Positions 26,885 through 38,924 of a stretch of DNA of 64,000 nucleotides are shown in pieces. The notes beneath the pieces are model-generated. The model made no database searches and was not told where the DNA came from. It saw only the letters and a list, made by a program, of their open reading frames with translations. Origin of the DNA: Paraspadella gotoi (taxonomy: Eukaryota > Animalia > Chaetognatha). The stretch covers positions 13,446,124 through 13,510,123 of the forward strand of contig CM119265.1 of NCBI GenBank assembly GCA_051294375.1. Reading direction: 5' to 3'. Every line of letters starts with the position of its first letter. The stretch's first letter is position 1. Position numbers and translations under genes: made by a program.

Positions 26885-28525
26885 ATATTTTTATTTCTTT
26901 CTTTCTCTTTTTCCCAAATCCCACTCCGATCTTTCCAAAGGCGAAAATGATTTAGTCTTATCCTCAAGGATAAAGATTCATTCAAGGGAACTGGTGGAAG
27001 CAGCGGCACCAGAATAAATTGAATTTGGATGACTTTATCAGAAATTTAGTGAAGAGGTGGGGGAGGCGTTGGAGGAGAAGAAATTTATGTGAGAATTACA
27101 TAGAGGAATAAAGAAATAAAGAAAAAAAGAAAGAAAGGAAGAAAGGAATAAAGAAAGATAAGAGAGGCCGGTGCTAGAAATTAATAACGGCAGTTGACCA
27201 GCTTTACGGNNNNNNNNNNNNNNNNNNNNNNNNNNNNNNNNNNNNNNNNNNNNNNNNNNNNNNNNNNNNNNNNNNNNNNNNNNNNNNNNNNNNNNNNNNN
27301 NNNNNNNNNNNNNNNNNNNNNNNNNNNNNNNNNNNNNNNNNNNNNNNNNNNNNNNNNNNNNNNNNNNNNNNNNNNNNNNNNNNNNNNNNNNNNNNNNNNN
27401 NNNNNNNNNNNNNNNNCCCCCCCCCAATTTTTCCCTACGGCCTCTGTCCGGATCGGAAACGGATAAAGGAATTTTCGCTTAAAACGAACTTGGCGAATCT
27501 TGTCTCCGCCGCATCGGCTTTTCCGTCGGCGTAGCAGCTTCTTTAGCTTCTTAGCATCTTAGCTTTTTTTTTAAATGTTTTTAGTTTTTACTATCGAAAC
27601 ACATTTCGATCTTTTAGCCGATGACTTCATCTTATGGTCTCGTTAAAAGCCGCGTCGATGTCATTTCGATCAAATCCGCTCGATTGAGCAAAACATCGAT
27701 TTCTCAACCACCAAACGGTTTTTCGCTTCGTTGACTTTAAATACGATGTATAAGCGATTCACGCCATTCCATCTCGCTTTACCATGTACGATTACCTAAT
27801 GGGTTGTCCTGTTGTCACTTAACCTCGGAATAAAAACACGCCTAACTTTCATTATTTATTTGAAATCATGGTGGACGTAAACTACATGATGTCGAGGAGT
27901 GTCAGATTTAGAGATATTCATCAAATATACCTCGATTAATGAATACTGTCCGAATTTCTAAAAATCATACAGTGCGTCCCTATGGCAGTGCCAGCTTATT
28001 TTTTCTATATCGTGCAGAACTGTGAGCTTGAAAAAAGAAAAAAAAAAACCCGTGGGGTCATTGCGATGGCGCGACGTCGAAAACGCGACAAACTCGCGAT
28101 TATAAAATCCGAAAGGACAGAAAAATCCCCTGACCGAAAGGGAGGCGGGGGCGCAGGGGGGGAAAGATTAATAAAAACTGGATGGAAAAAAAAAACTCGG
28201 GCGTTACCTGGTATGGGAGGAGGGAAGGGAAAAAAGGTAAATAGGCAACGGTGGGTTGGTGAAAGAGAGATAATGTGAGTGGGTGAGTGAGTGAGTCATA
28301 ATGCGCAAGTCGGGGAAAAGTCACCCGGAAAGTCAAACGCGACGGGTTAAAAAAAAGGTGAGTCGAGGGCAAGCCGGGGTGAACGAACGCCTCGAGCCTC
28401 GGGTGAGGCTGGGGTAAGTCCTTTGAGTCTGGTTTCTGACTGAGAACAAATATTTGTTTTCATTGCGAGCGTTGGAAAAAAACATATTTATTATTTTGTC
28501 AGTTTCGACGTAGTTAAGTTTTCAT

Positions 28526-28750
28526 TGAAGAGACAGTAATTGTAGTTGTTATGTGTTAGTAACAGAACCATTCAATATAAGCAGTCCCTGAGCTTCGGAT
28601 CAGGTTGTAACACCGTGTTAATCGCCCCGTCCCTCTTAACTGAGAGGCGACCACCGGGCTAGAAACCCTGACCTTTGAGTTGATATGCGAATGACTTGCC
28701 TCCGGCACCAATGGCCGCTGATGAACAATTTGTGGATTTTAGTCCACCAT
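28526..28750 (-). mobile_element. tRNA-Gly-derived SINE-like dispersed repeat, copy 1
   Basis: Aligns end to end with 45313-45552. The minus-strand 72-nt head at 28647-28718 has acceptor stem GCGGCCA/TGGTCGC and A/B-box-like motifs. Confidence 0.7.
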
Positions 28751-31183
28751 ATCACCATTAATAGAGTCATTTTATTTACGATTTCAAACAAATTGTACCA
28801 AGAAGAGGAAGCTAACTTTCTCTTTTTTCTCGCTGAGTTAGCCGAGTTTTTTGCTGCTACAGAATTCAGTAACGAAGATCCCGCTACAGCAAAATCGATG
28901 CAGCAGCAGCAGCTGTTCTCTTTCTGCAACGTCTCGGCGCTTCGACGCCGTCTTGAGTCGACCTCATAAATCACGGCCGTCTTTCTTCAAGAAAAAAAAT
29001 GGAAACTTTATTTAGGCGCGAATGTTTGCAATACACAAGCTGAAATATACTAAAAAGTATTTAATGTCCTTCTGAAAACCGAGAAAAAATAAAAAAGAAA
29101 ACTGGTAAAGGCTTGTAAAAACTAAGGTAAATCTTATGTAATTGCTTATTCTCATGTTTATATATAAAAAACCATTAACATTTATTTAACGATTAGTCCA
29201 TGTGAATAAACATCCTTTAGCTATCTAAAAATTTATTCTAGTCACAATCACTTTTTAACGAGACTAATGACCCGAGTGACCAAGCCAATTGACTTATGTT
29301 CGCTTTGGTTAAAGTTGACTGATGACTTTGTCGATTTCCTATCATTTATTTTTTCAACAACAAAAAATCCATTCAGTTTTTAATTTTCGAATTTTTTTCT
29401 TTTTTAATTTAGGATTTTTTTTAATCTCTCTCTTCCAACGAGGGAAGCTTCACTTCCTCTTTCCTTCCCAATCTTCATTCTTCCTCGGACAGAAAATGTA
29501 TTTTTAGCGCATTAATAGCTCTCCACGGTCCAAAATGTTCGCAAAAAAAGCTATAAAGAGTTTCTAGTTGGTGACCTGTATATATTATAAAATGAGTAAA
29601 AAAATCGGTTTTGAAAGTTTAATCGCGCGCTCTTTCTGATTTATTCGGTTAAATGTCATTAAAGAAAAAAAAAGTTTCTTCACATTTTGCAGCAAGTTAT
29701 ATTTTCAAATCAATTTGTCGCCTTCGTTTAAAAAAAAATCCAAAAAAAAAACCTTTTTTAAAAACAAATATTTTGCTCTGACCTGCCTGAATTCTAAAGA
29801 ATTTTTTTATTTATAATTCCGTGCAAAAACTTGCCTTCCGTATGATTTTTTTTTTATTTATTTATTTTTTTTTTTACGAAAAAAAAAATATAAAAACGTC
29901 TGAAATGCCATGAATAAGAAATAAAGAAGAGGAATGGAGAGAAGCTGAAAATTCATTGTCATTTTGAAAAGACTATGAATCAGGAAAACCCGGAGGCCCT
30001 GACTCCATTAAGCTATAAACTCCACGGGCGATGAATCGGTTGTTGGAAAGAGTTTTTAAAACAGCGATTTAAACATAACTATTAACTAACATAACAAACT
30101 TGACAATAAGGAGATAACAGAGATATATGTTTCTTGGTTACTCTTGCGGCCGAAGGAAGAAGAGAAGGAAAAGGATGAAGAAAAAAAAAGAAAACAATTA
30201 GATTTAGAGACAGAAAGATGAAGAAAGACAGAAAGACAGAAAGATGAAGAAAGGGAGAATCATTGCCGTTTACCCCTGACAGCACAAGAAAATTCCTTCT
30301 TTTTCTGACAATGGCAACAAAAAATTTGGAATAGATCCAGTGAATTCAAAAATAAATGAGGGTTAAAAACAGAAGACATAGAAAAAAATTAAAAAATATT
30401 ATTTTTCAGGAAACGGAAGAAACTTGCGGGAGGGAGCTGGGGGGGGGGAAAGTTTCTGGCAACTTTATAGAGAAAAGGCTTAATTGATTCGATAAAGATA
30501 CGGAGCTACGGATCTTTACGACATCCCTTCGTAATTGGGAGTAAGAGCCGTAGTCAAACATAATGTTCTTAATCTTTTCTTTCCTCCCTTTTTCTCCTTA
30601 TTTTTTTTTCTTTCACCCAACTTGTTATTTCTCTTTCTTTTTCTTTATTTTTTTCCCCCAACGAATGCAGTTTGTGACACACACGGCGCGAGGATTCATC
30701 ACGATCCAAGCGAACAAATCCCCAAGAACCAATCACAACAGCCAAACCAAAGCCACAAATATTTGTAATTTTTCTTTTTCTTTTTAACCAGAAAAATGTT
30801 TGAAACGGAGGGAGAACTAAACCGGAAGATAAAGTGTTAAAACTGGAAAGTTCTGGAGAAAAATTTTTAATAATATTAATAGTAATAAGCTTCAAACGGA
30901 TTTTGCGGTCTATTCGAAGGTGAGGTACGAGAAAAAAAACAGAATTCACTCGTCAAAATTATCGCGCGGCGGTCGGAGCGGAGGAAAGGAAGGAAAGAAA
31001 GGATGGGGATTTAATCATCAGAAATGTCAGGAACAGGAGCGAGAAATGGGAGGAAGGAAGAAAGAAGGAAAGGGGAAGAAGGAAAAACAGTGAAGGGAAA
31101 GGAGGAAAAAGAATCACGGGCGAGCGGAGTCATCCACCGTGAATCGGATGTCTTATTTGATTTGGAGGAAAGATCGGACGTGC

Positions 31184-31286
<103 letters not shown>

Positions 31287-31854
31287 CGGGGGGAGAGAGG
31301 AAGAATGAAAATATACGTAAAAGAAAAAAAAAGAGTGAGAGAGATTTTTTTATTCTTTATTTAAAAGTGTAATTTCGCTCTTACCAGCTTCTTCTTTGTT
31401 TTTGACTTTGTTGTTATTTCTCTGCCCGGGTAACTAACATCACCATATTCATCACCATATTCGTTGGTATCGAATTATAGAAAAAAAAATTTGGACGACA
31501 ATTTTCAACCAAAACAACCTTCCCGGCTTTCGTGATAGAAAAAATATTTTTTTGAGTTTTTTGTGTGCACGCCGTTTTTTCTTTTTTTTTTTTTAAAGCC
31601 ATATTGTAGGAAAAAAAAAACAGGACAATTTGCGCGATTGTTTTCGAAGCCACGAATAACAACTCTTGAATTATGCTACTTCCTCGCTTTTGTTACTTAC
31701 TTCAATTTGGATTCTGTCCGTCATTTTAGTTTATTTACAATTTTGTTTTACATTGTTTCCTCCCTCTCTCTATATTCTGTTGTTGTGGTAAACAAAAAGA
31801 AATTACGACGCTAATGGCGAACTTTTTCTGGCAACGAGTCGATGGGCGTGAGTT

Positions 31855-31945
<91 letters not shown>

Positions 31946-33410
31946 CGTGGAGAAAAATAGAGACAAAGAGTCAGAGAGCAGAGAAGCGAAATGGCAACTG
32001 TCCATATATAACTCGTTTGTCCTAACAAAAGGAAATCAATATGAGGAAGCGTCGAACTCCGTTGAGTTGCCCCCCTGAAAGTTCGGAAATAATGATTAAT
32101 GCTTCACCCGATATATGATGACCCGATTCATGACACATTTACGACCTCTGCTCACGAATCGCCTTCATAAGCGGTTATCTTCGGGCGCCTCGGTTAAAAA
32201 TCTGACCAATGACGTCGCATCATCGAACGACGAAGACGATCGAATCGGAATGGGGATCATGATGATGATGACGTTATGATTATGATGTTTATGACATGAC
32301 GACGAGAATGGTGATAATCATAACGAAATGATAACGAAGACAAAGATGAAGATATTGTTGATGATAATAATATTGATAATAACGATAATGATAGATAGAA
32401 CGAAGAGGATAATTAAGTTGACCTCAGTGATAATGTTGAAGAGTAAAAAAATGTTGATCATAACGATGATCAAGACTTGAGAAAGATCCGACTTGGTCGT
32501 AAAAATGAGGACAAGATGGGCAAGATGACGCAATGACCTCATGGGCGACGACGATGAAGACGACGTCGGTCAGGATGATGCCCTCAACAAAACTCATAAC
32601 CAAGAAACGAGGGCAGCGAAGAAAGATCAACGACAGACGAATGTGGACGACGAATTAATGAGAAATAATTGTTGGATGGATTTTGATATTTTATGAGCGT
32701 TTGCCTCTGACCGCTCGATTCAGAACGATGACCGATCTTCAGAATTAGAGAGATGACGTGCCGAGTTTTTTCTTATCTTCTCATTGGTTTAGAGTTTTCT
32801 ATATGGGCGTCTCATTAGCTTTCGTAATAGGGGAGAATAGCTTCATTCTTTTATATTGGTTTTGAGTTTCATTTAGGCAAGAGAAATTTGATGAAGATAG
32901 GGTTTCCTGTGAGACCAGGAAACGAGTCATGTTTATTAATTGAAATTATTTTCTTGAGAAGGTTATAAATAAATGACTTGGGATTTAACAGCCTTCGTCA
33001 AACTGAATATCATACATCGCGCATTTTCTCGATAACGCGGGGAAAATTTTTTTAAAAATTTCGATATAGAATTTAGGAAAAAAAAATCAAAACCGGACTA
33101 AAAATATAACGGAATCGAATTTCTAATGAAGCGAATTGATATTTTCTTTCCGAATCGGGTGCAGTACGTATTATCGTCGTTTAATCTTGGGCGGCGGAAA
33201 TCGCGGTGTTCGGCGGTTGTTTCGGTGGTTAAACCAATGGCCGACCAAGACTCTCCTTCGCAATTTCCTTTTTCGATTTCTTGGCTTGGTCGTCGGAAAA
33301 AAAAACCTCGTTGCAATCAAGATGCAAATGTATACAACGCATTCTGTAAAAGGATGGAAAATAGAGATCGGATTTACTAAAGGCTCATTCTCGATTTCTC
33401 GATTTCTCTG

Positions 33411-33446
<36 letters not shown>

Positions 33447-33732
33447 CTTTTTCTTTCTTTCTTTTTTCTTTCTTTCTTTGCTCTCCCCCTCTCTCCAAGC
33501 ACCCTCGAATCATTCGGTCAGGAGTCACTAACCAGAATCCCATTCGGTTCGTGATTTTGGATACAATCCGTTTAACATTTTTCCGATTCAATATGTTACA
33601 CTCGTCCGTAGGTTAGGTCATCGTTGTCGCTGTAATTTTCGTCTCAACGTTGTGGCCATCGTCGTCGTCGTCGTCGTCGTCGTCGTCCACGCTTGACGAA
33701 GCGAAAGAACCCCGTCGGCACAAATTTCCCGG

Positions 33733-33801
33733 GGTCCCCCGGTCCCCCGCAAGTCGGTCCCCCGGTCCCCCGCAAGTCGGTCCCCCGGTCCCCCGCAAGT
33801 C
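33733..33801. repeat. 23-bp tandem repeat GGTCCCCCGGTCCCCCGCAAGTC x3
   Basis: Three perfect units starting at 33733, 33756 and 33779. Confidence 0.95.
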
Positions 33802-34281
33802 GCCTCCGCGGTCTGTCCCTCTCTTCTTTTTTTTTTCATCTTAAGCCTTAACTTCAACTCTCTTCAAAAATTCAACTCTTTTCTCTCTTTCTTCCTTAAA
33901 TCCCCTTTCTTCTTAAATTCTGTACCTTCCTCACCTTCCTGTCTGATCCCCAAATCTTCACCTTCTGCCCCCTTCCTACCTTCCTATTTCTTCTTTAAAT
34001 CTCTTTCTCCCATCCATCTTTGTCCAAATCTACACCTCTTTCTTTCCTTCTTTCTTTCCTCTGTCTATTATCCAAATCTTCACCTTCTGCTCCCTGCCTA
34101 CCTTCCTATTTCTTCTTTGAATATCCTCTTCTTTCTCCCTTTCATCTCTACTCACAATCTCCTTTCCTTCCTTCCTTCCTTCTCTCCATCCGCCTTTCTC
34201 ACTCTCTTTCCTCTCTTCCTCTTCCGCCTCCCACTCTCTACCCGAGTTAAAAACCAATTTGCGGAATCACCGAATGGTAGA

Positions 34282-34330
34282 GGGTAGAGTGGGTAGAGTG
34301 GGTAGAGTGGGTAGAATGGGTAGAGTGGGT
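34282..34330. repeat. 9-bp tandem repeat (GGGTAGAGT)x~5
   Basis: Read directly from the sequence; one variant unit. Confidence 0.9.
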
Positions 34331-35732
34331 ACACCGTAGAGAGGGTGAATGGAGAAGTGAGACATGGGGCGGAGGCAGATTGGTTCGGGGTGGGGGGCTG
34401 GGAAGGAGGTGAAAAAAAGGAAACAGTTAAGATTTGGCAGGGTGGAAGGATGAACATTGAGTAACGGACTTTTAAAACTTCGACTTTTACGTATTAACTT
34501 TTATTTATATTTTTGAAGAAATCTTCTTTTTTTTAATTTCTTCTTTAAACGGGATTATTCTCACAAGCGATTCTAATTTAATAGTTAATTTATAGACATA
34601 CAATAATTAGGGGAAAAAACGGGTTATCAAAAGTATACTGTGGACAAAAAAAGTTAAGTCAAGCGAAAAAAATAAGAAGCGGCGTAAATCAGAGGGAAAT
34701 TCCTTTAAGACTCAGAGAAAGTCATAGTTAAATGGAATTTAACGAAACGAACTGAACAAAATAATTCAGCGAAAAGACGAACTAAAAAGTGAGTAATAAT
34801 TTTGAAACATGTTGGGTTCTAGAGTGCAGTAGTACAATGGAGGAGCGTTAATAGAGCGTTAGACCGAGCGTTCCGAAGAAGAAAGAATAAATAATTTCAA
34901 ACGAAAAAATGAATTAATACCTAAATGAAAGAGTAAATGTTTAAAAAAAATTTTAACTAATAAATAAATGAATGAATAAATAATTTTTAAAAAAATGCAG
35001 AAACTCCATTCAACGTTTTCTTACAACGATATTGAGTCGGAATGTGGGGGAAGCAAAGAAGTGAAGGCGAGTAGAGCGACGACGACGACGACGACGACAT
35101 AACGTTAAGGACGCGCAAAACTCAAGGTCGAAGAATCGATAAAAGATTTGATGAATTCATGAGGATAAAAGAGGGGCTGGCCGTCGTTTTCATCGTTGTT
35201 GTTGTCTACGTCGTCGTCGTCGACGTCTTTCCCTTTGTTGTTTTCGTCCTTGTCATCGTCGTCTTCGGCTTTATCTTAGTGGTTAGTTAGATCATAACTG
35301 TTACTGTTTTCTGAAATAGGTTCTAACCCTCCCATTTCATTTTTAACAATTAACAATTTTAAGATGAGTCAAGCTTCGCCTTTTCTACAATAAATTTCTC
35401 CATTAAGAGTGACCTCTATCCAAGGATGACTATTCGAGTTTACATAGTGGGAAATGGGGGAAGAAGGCAACAAGTTTAAGTCAATGAACGTCCCTATCTA
35501 TTCCTCCCTCTTTCCCTCTTGCTCTCAATTTTGTTCCCTCTTTTTCTCCTGCTCTCTCTGTATCTCTCTCTGTCATCGCGCCCTATAATGATATTCATGG
35601 GACTATCCCCTTAATGACTCGTGCTTCAAGTGCATCAGATTTCCAGTCTCCTCTTTGACTTTTTTGACTTTGTAAATATCGTGTAGACTTTAACCGGTCT
35701 CCATTCACAAAACAATTTATTTGAAGTTCATA

Positions 35733-35907
35733 TAAATAACCGAGTCTGTGAGAGAGTCTTGATTGAAAGCTTGCGAGGTCCTACTATTTTATTATCTTGT
35801 AAGTGTGATGGAGGCCTTAAACCACCAAAGCTTGACCAAAGTCAGTAGCAAGATAGTTTATTTATTTAATGAATGGATGATTTTTATATAGGTTGTAGAA
35901 ATTTCAT
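35733..35907 (+). repeat. About 175-bp dispersed repeat; inverted partner at 38465-38640
   Basis: For example ctgtgagagagtcttgattgaaagcttg and gtgatggaggcctta recur as reverse complements at ~38555-38628. Confidence 0.85.
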
Positions 35908-37986
35908 AAATATTACTTTGCAAAAATAATAATAATACATAACTTTTTATACTTTTACTTCTTATACATTTACTAATAGTCCTAGTTTTTTATTAATTTT
36001 TAACTGACGGAATATATGGTATATTATGCGTTTTATTTCGAATTCAACAAGGTTGATTCAGTACATACAGGAGCATCAAAATATATGAAAAGCTTTGTAA
36101 AATAATAGTGTTAAGAGCAAATCATAATCAATTTACCATGGAGTTTAGTTCTAATAAGATGTTATTATTTAATTTATCCATTTTTACACATTTATTTCTG
36201 GGAAGAGAGAGAGAGAAAGTTTTGAAAAAAAACTTAAAGTATCTGCTATTTTTTAAGTATTACATTCGTTCAATCCGTACATAATACAAAAATCAGAAAG
36301 CGAGGGTCTTCCAAATTCACAAACGCTGAGAGAGAAAATGATAATCACCCGCGGGTTCCATTGTCGAAGAGAACCGAAGAACGACAAAAGCCGTTTGGTG
36401 AAAGCCTAATTGACTAAAAACGCTTAGGCTATGAAAAAAAAATGCTTTGTTGTTGTTTGAATTTTTGTCCGTGGATTTTCTATCAGATATTTGTTTAAAG
36501 TTAAAACGATAAGAAAACAATATCAAATTCCAAGAAACAGTAGTTTTAAGATTGAAAAATTAACACGTAGTTGCCTTTTGATTCATTGTTTTGTTTTATA
36601 TACAAATTAAATTGAATTTTCAATGCTGTTATTGTTCATTATTAGTCGCGCCATTGAAAAAGATTGACTGAAACAGAAGCGAAGACTTGCGAAGAAATGG
36701 GACGTTCACCGAATACGACGATAACGACGACAAAAGCGACGACGTCCCCGACGATCTCGCGTTTCTATGACGACCGAGAGACGACGACGACGACGACGTC
36801 TGAGGCAACTGAAACGGGAGATTTTTACGCGAGCGGGACGCGGTGTTAGTCACAGAGTGTGAGGAAGAAAGAAAAGGTTATAGTCTATAATAAGAGAGAG
36901 ACAAAACTGTTTAGATATTAAATAGTAATCTCATGAATTTATCCGGCGCAGTCGATATTCTTTAAAATAGACAAGATTTTTTTAAAATTTATACAATTTT
37001 TTTAAAAATTCTATGCTTCCAAAACTTTTGAAAATGCCTTCTAATATCATCACATGCACTACAAATGTAAGTTATTTTTTTATTTTCGTTAACATAGAGA
37101 AAAAGTGAAGAAAACACAAAAAACGTATTTTTTTATACATTTTTCTGTCATTATCTTTAGCTTAAATGATGATGAATTAAAAAACTATGTCGAAATATGT
37201 GGCAAGAAAAAAATACTTCTTTTTTTATTTTCTGCGCTTTTCTCTTTATTAACGAAAATACAAAATAATACTTAAAAATTCCGTTAGTACTTGCGATGCT
37301 ACATCATTAACCACAACATGAGTTGAATGCTGTTTTTCTTAATTAAGAAACGATAATCCTACAGAACCTAAGGTTGTCGTCAATTTTCTGACTGAAGTTG
37401 TCTCATTTTTCTCTCTTGGTTCGCGTGTGTACTTTTGGGGGAGTTTAGTTCGGATCGCTACTATTCTGTTTCTTAAATTTTTTTGACCAACAATGACGTA
37501 ATTTAAGTTCCATTTTTTCAAAAAACGGTAGAGTTGTGCTCTTCGTTTTCTCCGCTAATGAAATGGGTTTGGTTTTTTAATAAAAGTAATGATGATTTCC
37601 TTGCACAAAACGAAACAACAAATATTATCATTCAGCTTTAAAATTCTGTCAAAAGTGTCGATCTCGTTCGTGCCAAAACTTTTGCCAAAAGATCGAATTC
37701 TAAATTCCGATTTCATTTTTAGTCGGATCTGCTTATCAGCAGATTCCGACTCTATAATTCACTTTGTCGGTCCGTCGTCCCACCCCAAAATCTTGTCGGT
37801 AAATCATTATTATCATATCAGAACCTCAAATTATGATAAATTAAGCAGAAAAAAAATGATGTCTGCCGTCCGTCCGTCCGTCCGTCATCCGTCCGTCCGT
37901 CTGTCTGTCTGAGTGGAAATGAGTTTGCATGAAAAAACGAGTCAAGTTGACTTAATTTTTATTATTTATGCTCACTCATAAATTAA

Positions 37987-38365
37987 AGTGAAAAAATGAT
38001 GAATTTGAAAAAATGATGCAAGTTAAAAAATTATGCAACTTGAAAAAACGATGCAAGTTAAAAAATTATGCAAGTTAAAAAAATGATGCAGGTTTAAAAA
38101 TTATACAAGTTAAAGTGAAATTTAATATGCTCACCAATTAGTAAAAATGAGCAATTTGAAAAATGATGAAGTTAAAAAATTATGCAGCTGAAAAAACGAT
38201 GAAGTTGAAAAAATGATTCAAGTTTAAAAAATGATCGAATTGAAAAATGATGAAAGTTGAAAAAATATGAGTTAAAAAAATGGAGCGAATTTAAAAAATG
38301 ATACCAGTTGAAAAAATGATGCAAATTGAAAAAATGGTTTAAGTTGAAAAATAATAATAGAAGAT
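37987..38365. repeat. Degenerate ~18-bp AT-rich satellite (GAAAAAATGATGCAAGTT)n
   Basis: Roughly 20 imperfect units are visible. Confidence 0.85.
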
Positions 38366-38464
38366 AAAAAAATTTTTGTACTTTATTTATAGTAACAGTT
38401 CGGTTGAATCTGTTGCAAGTGATTTACATAATTGGCGCAGCCACTAGTTTGGTATGATGGTATA

Positions 38465-38640
38465 ATGAAAATGGTACAACCAATATAAAAATTATCCATT
38501 CATTTAATAAATAAGCTATCTTGCCCCTGACTTTGGACAGGCTTTTGGTGGTTTAAGGCCTCCATCACTCTTTACAAGATAATGACATAGCAGGTCCCTA
38601 CAAGCTTTCAATCAAGACTCTCTCACAGTCCCGTTTATTA
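38465..38640 (-). repeat. Inverted copy of 35733-35907
   Basis: Reverse-complement alignment with scattered mismatches. Confidence 0.85.
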
Positions 38641-38924
38641 CTCCCAGAGTACCTGGCTTCCCTATCATGAAGGTGTATAAAGTGTGTTATAATCAGTGTG
38701 TTATAATCAGTGCTGTTATAATCAGTTAGGATCATAAATTGAATGAATCATCGTGATTTATCATCTGATTAGCTGATTACCGCTTAATTATCGTAGGCAG
38801 ATCCGACATTGTTTGCTCAAACTTGTTTCGAGAAATTTTTGTCAAAAAACCTGTTCGAGCCTTTTTTATTCGACTCCGAGTTTTAAGCTCACGACCTAAA
38901 AATTCTCGATAAATCTATCCTTCC

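Noticed and set aside
27595-27640. Hammerhead-like motif on the minus strand (GATGAAG..CGAAA)
   Set aside because: CU of the core is missing, stem II is weak and there is no stem I.
32200-32660. Asp/Asn-rich coding exon
   Set aside because: Degenerate GAT/GAC/AAT triplet repeat with stops and frame changes.
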